Source: Candidatus Pacearchaeota archaeon (lineage in GTDB: Archaea > Nanobdellota > Nanobdellia > Pacearchaeales > GW2011-AR1). Taken from it: a DNA stretch of 42,636 bases. Positions 9,042 through 18,867 of this stretch are shown here, piece by piece. Location: contig JAGVWR010000016.1 in NCBI GenBank assembly GCA_018304205.1, forward strand, positions 1 to 42,636. The letters are read 5' to 3'. Position numbers and translations under genes: made by a program. Numbering within the stretch: the stretch's first letter is position 1; each line of letters opens with the position of its first letter. Below the pieces are notes generated by a model that did no database searches, had not been told where the DNA came from, and saw only the letters and a program-made list of their open reading frames with translations.

Positions 9042-9815
9042 TTATTTGGGTATGAATCCTATAAATTTGTCATAAATCCTCACGAATCTTCTTAAAGGAG
9101 AACTTAGGATTCTTAATCTTATAATTGCTAAGGCCATGAATGGCCCAGAATGCCAGAAATTAATTGTTTGGTATTTTTGATCTGCCCAGATTGTTGGAAC
9201 TTCTTTTATTCTAAACTTTTTTTTTCTTAATTTGTAAATTAAATCTATATCAAATGCAAATTGAGTTATACCTAGGTCATTAACTATACCCTCTATAGCC
9301 TTTCTTTTGAATACCTTTGCACCGCACTGTGTGTCTTTATATGGCAAAAGAAAAACTGCTCTAAATAAAGCATTAAAAAGCCTAGAAGCAAAGATTCTGG
9401 CTAGTGTATTTCTTGGTTTTACAATTGCTCCTTTTATATATCTGCTTGCTATTACTCCATCAACATTATTTACCTTTTTTATTAAATTATAATATTCTTC
9501 TGGTTTGGTAGCCATATCTGCATCAACAAAACCAATCAAATCATTTGATCTTTTTAGGGCGTCTTTAAAACCTTCTTTGATTGCATAGCCCTTTCCGCCT
9601 TTCACTAGATTTAGATATAGAATTCTCTTGTTTTTCTTTACATACGTCTTAACTATTTGTTCTGTTTTGTCTTTTGTATTATTTATGACTATAATAATTT
9701 CGTAGTCTAAGAGATCGTTTTTTCTTAACTCTTCAAAAAATCTACTGTATGCCTCAAGTGTTCTGTCTATTCTTCTTTCTTCATTGTATGCTGGAACAAT
9801 TATAGATACTTTCAT
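9042..9815 (-). CDS. GT2, polyprenyl/dolichyl-phosphate sugar synthase-like (Dpm1/AglD-like)
   Basis: VSIIVPAYNEERRI, FVDADMATKP and QCGAKVF motifs. Divergently paired with the GT-C gene at 9918. Confidence 0.75.
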   Translation of the reverse strand: MKVSIIVPAYNEERRIDRTLEAYSRFFEELRKNDLLDYEIIIVINNTKDKTEQIVKTYVKKNKRILYLNLVKGGKGYAIKEGFKDALKRSNDLIGFVDADMATKPEEYYNLIKKVNNVDGVIASRYIKGAIVKPRNTLARIFASRLFNALFRAVFLLPYKDTQCGAKVFKRKAIEGIVNDLGITQFAFDIDLIYKLRKKKFRIKEVPTIWADQKYQTINFWHSGPFMALAIIRLRILSSPLRRFVRIYDKFIGFIPK

Positions 9816-9917
9816 AAAAAATAGTTATATTGGGCCATTTTAAAGGTTATGTATATTGTGTATATTATTTCTTATTTTAAGAGCATAATTTATATATGTT
9901 AAATACAAGAAATATGA

Positions 9918-11819
9918 ATGAGTGAAGGTGGCAATGACGAGGTTATTGGGAAAGTAATAGATAGAATATTTGAGACTCCTAAGAACTTGGCTTATTTATT
10001 GGCGATCTTTATGGTTGGATTTATATTAAGACTGATCGCTGCAATTAACTTATCTGTTTCTGCTGATGACATGCATTTTGTTACCCATGCGATAAATTTC
10101 TTCTCTGCAGATAGACTTGTTACTTATGATCAATCTTCGGGACTGTGGTTTGCATTTACTAGTGTTATATACAAGATATTTGGGATGACGCAATTGACTT
10201 CTAGAATGGCTCCATTAATATTTGGATCTTTTAGTATTCTAGTTATATATCTTTTGAGTAAGGAGTTTTTTGATGAAAAAACTTCATTGTGTGCTGCTTT
10301 CCTACTGGCTATCGCTCCATTCCACATTAAAAACACTATAGCTGAAATGGATGTTACTGCCATGTTTTTTGTATTAACTGCAATGTTTCTTTTTGTGAAA
10401 TCTTTGAAAAATGACCGATTTCGATATTTTGCACTAAGTGGAATTTTTATGGGACTTGCAATTTACACTAAAGTATATCCTTTGCTCTTTATTCCTTCAC
10501 TTCTATTGTATTTTGCATACTATAATAGAAAACACAATGAAAAAATATTTAAAAAAAGAAACATCAAGAAAATTTTAGTTTTCTTGTTTTTCATATTTAT
10601 TTTTACTATTCCTGCTTTGGCTCATAATTATTTGTTATATAGTGATAAAGGGTTTATGGATCTTCAATTTACTAGAACTTTCGGTATAGGAGAAGATGTG
10701 TCCGCACAGTATTATTCTTGGGATGCACAATTTGAGGCTAAGAATTCATGGGCTGGACTTATATTTGGAGATACTAAACATGTTGCTTCTGGGGCACCAT
10801 TACTTTACACTGCCGTGATGTATATATTTAAGGGGGATCCTCTGAATTTTGTTTTTGGAGTAATTGGAATTTTACTAATATTGTTTTATAGAAAGACAGA
10901 AAAGAATGAGAATCGTGAAAAAGGAAAGGAATACATTAAATTATTTGTTTTGAGCATTTTATTTGTATTGCCTTTCTTGGCATCTATAATATTATTGCCT
11001 AAGCACTACCTATTTTTAGAAATATTACTTATCCCTTTTTCGGCATTCACTTTAATATCGATTAATAATTTAATTTCTAAAGGAAAAAATAAAAATTATC
11101 TGAAGGTTTTTGTTGCAATTATATTTATTTTCTCATTAATATATTTAGGACTTCCTCCAAAGGCAGATATTCATCATTTTTATGGAGAAAGCCACGTTGG
11201 GCAAGTTATAAATTATAAAAATAAAAATATAGCTAAAGATTCTCTAATAATTGCGGACAATAGAATTTACCTGGGTAGGAGTTATTGGATGTTCCAAGAA
11301 AGACCATTTTTAGAAGTGAGCGACTTTTTAGCAGCCGCCCAAGAATCTCAGAAGATAGCTGGGGAAACTAAAAATGTCGGGGTGTATTATTTTGAATGTG
11401 TTATTGATGATTGTGGTTGGGGTTATATAAAAGGTCAGCCAGAATTTAATAAGTCGATGGAAGATTTTACTGCGCTATTTGCAACTAGTGGAAAACTTGT
11501 AAAGGAAATATATGAGCCTATGGAGAAAAAACCATATTATCCCTTATTTGTTGGAGAAAAAGAGCAGATGATAAATGTTTATTATGCTGAAGTGCCACTC
11601 AAGCAGGCAGTTATTGATTACGCAAAAAAACCAAAGGTGTGGTTCCTATATCCGATTGGATATCAGCCTAGTACGGAAGTATTTGATAATTATCAGCCAA
11701 TTAGTCTAACTGAATTGTTAGTTGATAAAACTGCCAGAGGAGTTGTTATTCTAGCACTTATTCTCGCATTTTTAAGTCCAATTTACATATTATATTTACT
11801 CTATAATTCCAAAAAATGA
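9918..11819 (+). CDS. GT-C fold membrane glycosyltransferase (GT39/PMT-like), second copy
   Basis: Multi-TM N-terminal half with first-loop acidic motif SVSADDMHF, plus a soluble C-terminal domain and a terminal TM. Its stop overlaps the next start (ATGA). Confidence 0.7.
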   Translation: MSEGGNDEVIGKVIDRIFETPKNLAYLLAIFMVGFILRLIAAINLSVSADDMHFVTHAINFFSADRLVTYDQSSGLWFAFTSVIYKIFGMTQLTSRMAPLIFGSFSILVIYLLSKEFFDEKTSLCAAFLLAIAPFHIKNTIAEMDVTAMFFVLTAMFLFVKSLKNDRFRYFALSGIFMGLAIYTKVYPLLFIPSLLLYFAYYNRKHNEKIFKKRNIKKILVFLFFIFIFTIPALAHNYLLYSDKGFMDLQFTRTFGIGEDVSAQYYSWDAQFEAKNSWAGLIFGDTKHVASGAPLLYTAVMYIFKGDPLNFVFGVIGILLILFYRKTEKNENREKGKEYIKLFVLSILFVLPFLASIILLPKHYLFLEILLIPFSAFTLISINNLISKGKNKNYLKVFVAIIFIFSLIYLGLPPKADIHHFYGESHVGQVINYKNKNIAKDSLIIADNRIYLGRSYWMFQERPFLEVSDFLAAAQESQKIAGETKNVGVYYFECVIDDCGWGYIKGQPEFNKSMEDFTALFATSGKLVKEIYEPMEKKPYYPLFVGEKEQMINVYYAEVPLKQAVIDYAKKPKVWFLYPIGYQPSTEVFDNYQPISLTELLVDKTARGVVILALILAFLSPIYILYLLYNSKK

Positions 11820-12505
11820 GAATCTCTATTATAATTCCTGTATTTAATGAAGAAAGAACCTTAGAAAAGATATTAGAAAAGATGTCTAAATTAAATCTTG
11901 GAATGAGGAAGGAAATCTTGATTATAAATGATGGAAGCACAGATAATTCTAGAAAAATAATTGAAGACTTTATTAAAGAAAATAAAAAAGAAGATATTAA
12001 GGTTATAAGTAAAAAAAATGAGGGAAAAGGTTCGGCAATAAGAGTTGGAATAAAATTAGCAAGGGGAGAAATTATAACTATACAGGATGCTGATTTAGAA
12101 TATGATCCTAATGATTTTAAAACATTGATTAAACCAATTGTAAATGGAAAGGAAAAAGTTGTTTATGGATCTAGATTTTTAAAAGCACATAAGCCTATGT
12201 ATAAAATTTATTTTTTGGGAAATAAATTTTTGAGTTTCTTAACTAAAGTGCTCTATGGGCATAGAATAACTGATATGGAAACTTGTTACAAAGTTTTTGA
12301 TGCTAAGGTAATAAAAAGTATAGATCTTAGGGCAAATAAATTTGACATTGAGCCTGAAATAACTTCTAAAATTTTGAAGAAAGGAATAAGAATAAAAGAA
12401 ATTCCTATAAGTTATAGTCCTAGAAAAATAGAGGAAGGTAAAAAAATAAACTGGAAAGATGGAATACAAGCTATTTTTACTTTATTATATTGGAGAGCAC
12501 ATTAG
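11816..12505 (+). CDS. GT2, dolichyl-phosphate sugar synthase-like
   Basis: ISIIIPVFNEERTL, QDADLEYDP and ETCYKVF motifs. Translationally coupled to the GT-C gene upstream. Confidence 0.8.
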   Translation: MRISIIIPVFNEERTLEKILEKMSKLNLGMRKEILIINDGSTDNSRKIIEDFIKENKKEDIKVISKKNEGKGSAIRVGIKLARGEIITIQDADLEYDPNDFKTLIKPIVNGKEKVVYGSRFLKAHKPMYKIYFLGNKFLSFLTKVLYGHRITDMETCYKVFDAKVIKSIDLRANKFDIEPEITSKILKKGIRIKEIPISYSPRKIEEGKKINWKDGIQAIFTLLYWRAH

Positions 12506-12512
12506 TTTGGAT

Positions 12513-12788
12513 CTATCTCTTTTCTAAAGCGTAAGGAATATCAAAACTATAAGGACAAATAATACCCTCGCCAATTTTATCTACATTAGGATGTGATGCC
12601 TTACATCTTTGGCCGTGTCCACCAGTATTATAACGACATTCTACATTGCTAGATATAATATTGGTATCTGGACTTTTGTAAATCTTAATTTTAATATCTA
12701 CATCTTCACCTAAACATTCATTTCCTTTAGTATCTCTTCCCTTGCATTTAATGGGGTAAGTTTGTTCAACGTATTGAGTTAATTCCAT
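12513..12788 (-). CDS. Small Cys-containing hypothetical protein (91 aa)
   Basis: ATG-initiated ORF with five Cys plus His (CKG..NEC..ECRYNTGGHGQRC..ICPY). No family recognised. Confidence 0.5.
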   Translation of the reverse strand: MELTQYVEQTYPIKCKGRDTKGNECLGEDVDIKIKIYKSPDTNIISSNVECRYNTGGHGQRCKASHPNVDKIGEGIICPYSFDIPYALEKR

Positions 12789-12857
12789 AATTACTTAGAA
12801 AAGTTACATTATATAAACTTTTTTGTGATGAAAATTAGAATATATCTTCACAATATT

Positions 12858-14075
12858 TTAGTCTAGGACTGCAATAGAACCCCATAAGAAAATTACAGAA
12901 GAAGTTAAGAATGCAATAGAAAATTCTAAAAGAGAGTCATTAAACAAGAAAAGAAGAATTATACCAATCAATAGGAATGCAAAGAAAAATATTATGCTTT
13001 TGTTTGATGGTTTATTCTTTGAAATTTTATAAAGAACGTTCAAATTTGCAAAAGATAAAACTCCTGTTGCTAAACCTAAATAAAACAAAATATTTGCCGA
13101 TTCGTCTATGAATTTTCCTGCAAATATTCTTATTATCCAGTCGGGGATTAGGAAAAATAGAATTAAGGCTGCTGCAACTCCTAGAGTAAGTAAAATCAAT
13201 GCGTTAAGATAAGTGTTATGGTCCTTACTTTTCTTTTTATCTAAGCCCTCTTCCGCTGATATTGGAAACATGGCTCTGCTTATTGGCTGGGTACCCCAGA
13301 AAACTGCCTTTGAAAGGACGGAAGCTAAAGAATAAAGACCTGCGACTTCTTTTGTGAAAACTAATTGAGCTATAAACAGATCAATTGTATAAAATGCAAG
13401 AATAGAAAAAGTAATAAGGAAAACGGATATTGAATCTTTTCTAAATTCTATTGTTTCTGCTTTCTTTTCTTCTGCAGAATAGATTGATTTTATACTTGGA
13501 AAAGAGAAAAACAACGCTACGGCGGATCCTAAAAGTGCTCCTCCTATTGCTCCGTATACTTTCCATCCTAACAATACTAAAGCTACAGAAGCAACTAACT
13601 TAACTGATGATTCTATTATAAGATTTATTCCTAATGAATAAAATTTCTGCCTCCCTTGCATTATTCCTCTTGTTAGGGGAAGGAACAATGCAGTAAAAAT
13701 GAAAAGTCCATTTAAAGCAAGAAGAGTGTACGGAATGCTTTCTAAATATGAGAATGGAATTGCGAAGATTAAATAGACTATAAAGAATAAAACTGTAACT
13801 GAGGATAATTTCTTAAATGATCTATTTAAAAGGTTTTTTAATTTTCCATTATCTTTCTCTCTTGATGATTGTCTTGCAAAAACTGTTTGGATAGCTTCTG
13901 TAAAAATACTTAACACATATATTAAATAGAATAAGGCGGCGAGTATTCCGTAGTCTGCTATTGAAAGGGTGCGTGCCATTGAAGCTTGAAATATAAAATT
14001 AAGAAAACTATAAACATTAAAGACTATTAAAAGAATAAAACTGCCTTTTATAAAATTCTTATTTATAGTAATCAT
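12858..14075 (-). CDS. Wzx-like oligosaccharide flippase (MOP superfamily)
   Basis: About 12 TM helices. Preferred start is ATG at 14075, which overlaps the upstream TGA (ATGA) rather than the ORF-track start at 14141. Confidence 0.7.
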   Translation of the reverse strand: MITINKNFIKGSFILLIVFNVYSFLNFIFQASMARTLSIADYGILAALFYLIYVLSIFTEAIQTVFARQSSREKDNGKLKNLLNRSFKKLSSVTVLFFIVYLIFAIPFSYLESIPYTLLALNGLFIFTALFLPLTRGIMQGRQKFYSLGINLIIESSVKLVASVALVLLGWKVYGAIGGALLGSAVALFFSFPSIKSIYSAEEKKAETIEFRKDSISVFLITFSILAFYTIDLFIAQLVFTKEVAGLYSLASVLSKAVFWGTQPISRAMFPISAEEGLDKKKSKDHNTYLNALILLTLGVAAALILFFLIPDWIIRIFAGKFIDESANILFYLGLATGVLSFANLNVLYKISKNKPSNKSIIFFFAFLLIGIILLFLFNDSLLEFSIAFLTSSVIFLWGSIAVLD

Positions 14076-15088
14076 ATTCCAAATATTCCTTCTCTGAATA
14101 TTAAGAATCCGAGAAGAATTATTATTATTTGGAATGCCCATATCATTAACACTGCTCTTTTCTCAGTAGGTTTAACATTTAATCTTTGCATAATTAAAAT
14201 GGCCAAATGATTTAGGCTGTATATTCTCTCATATTTAAGACCTAACGATCCATCTTGATTTGGCTTTCCAAAACTTTGTTTTATTAATCTTCCACGAAGT
14301 TTTAAGACAGTTTCAAGTATGTATGGAATATAAAAGAATAAAGCTATTTTTTCAAAATTGCCTAAAATTGATAGGATTGCTATTAATGCTCCTACGGAAT
14401 ATGTGAGGGCGTCTCCGGGGAAGACTTTTGCTGGAAAGAAATTATACATAAGGAATGCTAACAAAGATGCAGCCATAATTAGGGCGATGACTGCAAGCCA
14501 AGAACTTCCTGTGAAAAACGACAGGAAACCTAGACCTAAAAGCAAAATAATTCCCTGTCCTGCTTCTAGCCCGTTAAAGCCTGCAAGAATGTTGAATGTT
14601 GTCGTTGCGCCAATTATACCTATTGGAATTACAATTAAAGGATATAATAGACCAAGATCTACTTTTCCTAAAATCGGTATGGCCACTAAAGATTTTCCTG
14701 CATTTATTGCCATAAGAGGAATTGCTGCAATAATTAGTAAAATAACTCTTGATTTTATTGAAAGCCCTCCTTTTCTCCATCCAAATAAGTCATCTATTAA
14801 TCCTATTCCAGATGCAATAAGAATTACTGAAAGAAGCGCCATTAGTTCAATTAAAAAAGTCTGTTTTTGAACTATGAAAACCCTATAAGCTATAAAAATA
14901 AGAGTTCCAACGGTAAATCCTAAAACTGCTATTATTCCTCCGGAACCTGCTATTTTTTCTGATTTTGATTTATTCATATCATCCCAAATTAATCCTATAT
15001 CTTTTGCTTTTTTTATCCAGAACGGAATAACAAATAAAGTAATCAGAAAACTTAGCAGAATTGGTATTAACAACATTATATCTATCAT
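14072..15088 (-). CDS. aglH: Polyprenyl-phosphate GlcNAc-1-phosphate transferase (MraY/WecA/AglH family)
   Basis: Polytopic protein with IDDLFGWR and NFFPAKVFPGD motifs. ATGA-coupled between aglB and the flippase. Confidence 0.8.
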   Translation of the reverse strand: MIDIMLLIPILLSFLITLFVIPFWIKKAKDIGLIWDDMNKSKSEKIAGSGGIIAVLGFTVGTLIFIAYRVFIVQKQTFLIELMALLSVILIASGIGLIDDLFGWRKGGLSIKSRVILLIIAAIPLMAINAGKSLVAIPILGKVDLGLLYPLIVIPIGIIGATTTFNILAGFNGLEAGQGIILLLGLGFLSFFTGSSWLAVIALIMAASLLAFLMYNFFPAKVFPGDALTYSVGALIAILSILGNFEKIALFFYIPYILETVLKLRGRLIKQSFGKPNQDGSLGLKYERIYSLNHLAILIMQRLNVKPTEKRAVLMIWAFQIIIILLGFLIFREGIFGI

Positions 15089-17796
15089 CTTGCTATGTCG
15101 AGTTCTTTTGGATAAAGAGTACTCAAATACTCTTGTTTGAACTCTATATTTCTAGGATATGAAATTTCCCATATTCTTATAGGTCCTCTTACTCCATTGT
15201 AATAAACTATATCTCCTTTAAATGCAGGATTTTGTTCTCTTATGACTTGAACTATATAATCATCTTCTGAATGCACTAATTTGAAGTAAGGATTATTTTC
15301 TCTGTATATATACAGTCTAGTTAGTTGTGATTTTACTGTTCTCCTTGAAAGATAAAGTATTGCTCCATTAGGATCAACGGCGTTTTGATTTACTGCAGGG
15401 AAAATATAAACTCCTACATCTACACCAGAACCATAATCTACAAGTTCAACATCAAATGCATATCTCAGGGGCAAAGTAACTTGCTGATTTTGATATATAA
15501 AGATTCCTTTTGGTTGACTTATTATCTCTCCTGCACTATTCCTTTCTATTATAATAGCTCCAAGTCCTGCTCTTGATGAAGGAAGGAATATTTCTTTTCC
15601 ATCTTGATTGTAAATTATATCTTCATCAAGAGGAGCTCCACCAGTATAGAAATAAGAAGTTGAATTCTTTCCTTCTTGTGTTGCTGAATCATCTTTTAAA
15701 TAAGTAGGAATAAAACTTGCTCGGTCATAATTTGCATCAGAACCTATCGAAGAAAACGCAGAGTATTTTCCTATGTCTGTTGAATCTATAAGGAAATGAG
15801 TCGTATTATGTGCGTAAAGGAATTCAAGGGCCTGAAAATTGTCCGTTCCTGTTAAAGCATAACGGCCCATCATGTGATTCCAGTATGAAATTGCGTTTCC
15901 TCCATCGAGTACTGTTGCTCTTTCTCCTATTGATTGTACCCAGTATCCATAATCCCACCAGTGTCCGAAGACTGCATTCTTATTTGTGTTATCTCTTACG
16001 TAAGCCATTGCTTTCTGCCACTGCTGCGTATAAACTGAAGGGGCATAATTTGCAGCTTCACCTTTTGATTGATTATAGAACACATCACCTGAATATACAA
16101 GTGAAATTATTATTATCGCTGTAATTGCATAACCTGCTAGTTTTGTTGAGTTATCTTTTATTTTTTGCGAGTCAGAGAATACTGCAACAACTAAATATGA
16201 AGCTAAAATTGCTCCTGGGGGAACTAACAACATTACTAATCTTACTGATCCTCTTGCTGCAACAGCAGTCATTAAAAATAGAACAAGCAAAAGAATAAGT
16301 TCAAAATGAATTGATTTAAGTGTTTCTCTTCCTTCTTCTGTTTTATTTTTCTGGAAATAATAATATGCTAAAGATCCAACAAAAAGAATAAATCCTAATG
16401 CATAGAGACCAAGACTAGTAAAATTTGATCCATTTAATGTGCTATTTCCATCATAACGACTAAATATCATTCCGAAAAAGAACAATGTATAAGTTGCAGA
16501 AATTATTATTCTTTCTTTCTTTGCAAATTTAGAAGTCATGAAATAAACGAGATAAATTGATCCTATAAAGAATAACCAGAAGTAAATAGGAATATTTCTT
16601 ATGACTGGGCCAAAACTACCGCCCCATTCAGTAAAAAAGGGTTGCCTGTTTTCTGCTACGGTCTGGATTAATCTAGTGGTTGCTGGCCTTACTAAATTAT
16701 CCACAAGGTAAACTATTTGGGAAGGTATATAGGATAAACCAAATAGAATAGTTGCGAGAATAGAAATTGCAATCATTGCGATTATTGTTGTCTTAATTTG
16801 ATCCGGTATCTTATTCCATTTTTCTAATCTCAATTGATGTTTTAATTTTGTACCAAATAAAACATAATGAAGCAAAATTATAACTAAAACTATTATTGCT
16901 GAGGCTGTTTGTGTTGTTTGGGTTAAAGATCCAATTCCATATCTTGATGAGAAAGGATACATAAGTATGAATGAAGAAAGAAGCCAGATAATGTAGACTA
17001 TAATTTTTTGTTTATTTGTCTTTCCTAATAAAAATGCGATGAAAACTGCTGGGCCTATAGTCAAAAATATGAAAGCATAACCTCCCCATACTAAAGCTGC
17101 GCATGCTGTTGCTGCGCCTGCCAAAACTGCAAATGCGTATGCTTTCTTGTTTGCATTTGATTTCCAGGCGCTTAAGAATGCATAAAATGCAATGAAAATA
17201 AAGAAGAATGCCGCTGCCTCTTTTTCTGGAATTCCTGCTATTGTTCTTGGTAAAAATATTGGAATAACTGCGAAGAAGAATGAGGAAATGATAGCTATAA
17301 CATTTGCTTTTTTAACTCCTAGAGAATCTAAAAATATTTTTCTTACTAAAAAGAAAAAAGCGATAACTGTAATTGCAAAGAAGAAAACTGGATAATAAAT
17401 TGCAGATAAAGTTACGGAGTCTGATCCAAAAAATGTGGCTATATTATGAAACCAGGCCATCATATATGGATGAAGTAATAATTCTGCATTTGTTTTATAG
17501 AATAAAGGAACGTAACGCATTTGGTCTATTGAAAATAAAGATCCGTTTTCTACTATATATTTAGACCAACGCAAGAATAAGAAAGGATCTAAATCTGGAC
17601 CAAGAGTCCAATCTCCTGTTGTTACGTCTTTTAACTTGGAAACATTGAGAGTTCTTAATTTTACAGTTAAGAAAACTATAACTGCTAACATTACGTAGAA
17701 AATCCAATTATAATTCACTTTCAATACTTTTATGACTTTTTCTTTTCTCTGCTCTAAAAGGTCGTTTTCATTCTTAACTTCTTTTTTATCAGTCAT
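15085..17796 (-). CDS. aglB: Archaeal oligosaccharyltransferase AglB (STT3 family)
   Basis: 903 aa, with a multi-TM N-terminal half and a periplasmic-side C-terminal domain carrying the diagnostic GHWWDYGYW (WWDYG) motif. Confidence 0.9.
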   Translation of the reverse strand: MTDKKEVKNENDLLEQRKEKVIKVLKVNYNWIFYVMLAVIVFLTVKLRTLNVSKLKDVTTGDWTLGPDLDPFLFLRWSKYIVENGSLFSIDQMRYVPLFYKTNAELLLHPYMMAWFHNIATFFGSDSVTLSAIYYPVFFFAITVIAFFFLVRKIFLDSLGVKKANVIAIISSFFFAVIPIFLPRTIAGIPEKEAAAFFFIFIAFYAFLSAWKSNANKKAYAFAVLAGAATACAALVWGGYAFIFLTIGPAVFIAFLLGKTNKQKIIVYIIWLLSSFILMYPFSSRYGIGSLTQTTQTASAIIVLVIILLHYVLFGTKLKHQLRLEKWNKIPDQIKTTIIAMIAISILATILFGLSYIPSQIVYLVDNLVRPATTRLIQTVAENRQPFFTEWGGSFGPVIRNIPIYFWLFFIGSIYLVYFMTSKFAKKERIIISATYTLFFFGMIFSRYDGNSTLNGSNFTSLGLYALGFILFVGSLAYYYFQKNKTEEGRETLKSIHFELILLLVLFLMTAVAARGSVRLVMLLVPPGAILASYLVVAVFSDSQKIKDNSTKLAGYAITAIIIISLVYSGDVFYNQSKGEAANYAPSVYTQQWQKAMAYVRDNTNKNAVFGHWWDYGYWVQSIGERATVLDGGNAISYWNHMMGRYALTGTDNFQALEFLYAHNTTHFLIDSTDIGKYSAFSSIGSDANYDRASFIPTYLKDDSATQEGKNSTSYFYTGGAPLDEDIIYNQDGKEIFLPSSRAGLGAIIIERNSAGEIISQPKGIFIYQNQQVTLPLRYAFDVELVDYGSGVDVGVYIFPAVNQNAVDPNGAILYLSRRTVKSQLTRLYIYRENNPYFKLVHSEDDYIVQVIREQNPAFKGDIVYYNGVRGPIRIWEISYPRNIEFKQEYLSTLYPKELDIAR

Positions 17797-17848
17797 TGGA
17801 AATCAAAGAAAAACGGGTTATTTAAATTTATTCGATTAAAACTTCTTT

Positions 17849-18706
17849 CTAAAAGAAAAGAGGAGTTATGAATACTTCCATGAGAGCTGAAATAAATAAT
17901 ATGACTACTGCTAAAATGACTAAATTAATCGAGTCATATAAAATCTTCCAAAATTTATCTGTTCCTGTTTCATGTTTTATCACTGCTACTGAAATTATCC
18001 CTCCAGCTAAAGCGACTATGAAATAGGAGGCTATTTCTGGAATACCATGAATCATAAATCTAAGAAGACCTATTGGAAGAGCGCTTAGCCTTGATTCTGT
18101 AAAAATTCCTATGGCCGCAGCTATTACTGAAGCGTTCCAGGCTAGAATAAAAATAACTCCTGCACCAAAAATTAATGAAAAAACAAGTGTGAAAAGCAAG
18201 ACATAAATATTATTGGTGAAGATTAAAAATAATCTTTCTTTGTTTGTGAGGAAAGGTACGACAGTTGAGACATCATTTATCCCATATTGTTTTACGCAAG
18301 AATCGAACGAGGCAGGACGATTAATTAAGCAGTAAGTTTCTATTTGGGCGCTAAATGACTGGGTTGAAGCTAAAATTGAATACCAAAATGAAAATGCTAT
18401 AACAAAACCTAAAAATAGGAAAAGGAAAGCATAAATTGCCCTTCTGTGCTCTTTAAGTAATTTGAAAGTGCCATCAACGTTAATACTTCTTTTTTCTTCT
18501 AGTTTTATTGTATAAAATATGAATGGAATTGAGAACATTACTGTAAATGTTACAACCAAAATTCCTGAATACTTTGATAAGACTGCATCTTTGGCAAAAA
18601 CCCAATTAACTAAAAGAATGGATAAAGATGCATAAAGAAGCCCTATAAAGAATAATTCCCATGGCTTTCTCTCGGCCTTTCTTGGATTAATAAGCATTTC
18701 TAACAT
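17849..18706 (-). CDS. SpoIIM-like (DUF95) integral membrane protein
   Basis: FTNNIYVLL..GAGVIFILAWNASV..HGIPEIASYF pattern typical of the stage II sporulation protein M family. Confidence 0.7.
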   Translation of the reverse strand: MLEMLINPRKAERKPWELFFIGLLYASLSILLVNWVFAKDAVLSKYSGILVVTFTVMFSIPFIFYTIKLEEKRSINVDGTFKLLKEHRRAIYAFLFLFLGFVIAFSFWYSILASTQSFSAQIETYCLINRPASFDSCVKQYGINDVSTVVPFLTNKERLFLIFTNNIYVLLFTLVFSLIFGAGVIFILAWNASVIAAAIGIFTESRLSALPIGLLRFMIHGIPEIASYFIVALAGGIISVAVIKHETGTDKFWKILYDSINLVILAVVILFISALMEVFITPLFF

Positions 18707-18787
18707 CTACAACCTCCAGCGGGCATCAAGAACTCCTATTCTTGAGTGCGATCAAGATCTGAAGATCTTGACGTTCTAGGAGTCCAG
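18707..18787 (-). promoter_or_regulatory. Structured 5' leader: conserved motif CTGGACTCCTAGAAC...CTGGAGGTTGTAG-ATG split by a 53-nt two-hairpin insert
   Basis: Shares flanking motifs with 22398-22428. The insert at 18720-18772 contains 8-bp (TCAAGATC/GATCTTGA) and 7-bp (TCAAGAA/TTCTTGA) hairpins. Confidence 0.55.
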
Positions 18788-18850
18788 CAACATTTAAACA
18801 ATACATTTTTTCACCTTTTTATATTTTTAAGAAACGACTTATGTTTTTAT

Positions 18851-18867
18851 AGTTAATCTTTCTTTAA
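18851..18867. repeat. 17-bp perfect direct repeat AGTTAATCTTTCTTTAA (left copy)
   Basis: Identical 17-mer at 20044-20060. The two copies bracket the 253-aa orphan gene. Confidence 0.8.

Noticed and set aside
14358-14870. 170-aa plus-strand ORF inside the AglH-like gene.
   Set aside because: It lies antisense to a gene with MraY/WecA motifs. Its product is Pro/Ile/Ala-rich with no motif and is a mirror frame of a hydrophobic membrane protein.
18720-18772. Possible tRNA or split-tRNA fragment. The plus-strand hairpin TCAAGAA-CTCCTA-TTCTTGA resembles an anticodon arm with U33 and a CCU anticodon.
   Set aside because: The loop is 6 or 8 nt rather than 7. No acceptor, D or T arms can be drawn on either strand. 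The flanks are shared with a second site that lacks the insert, so it was treated as a leader element instead.
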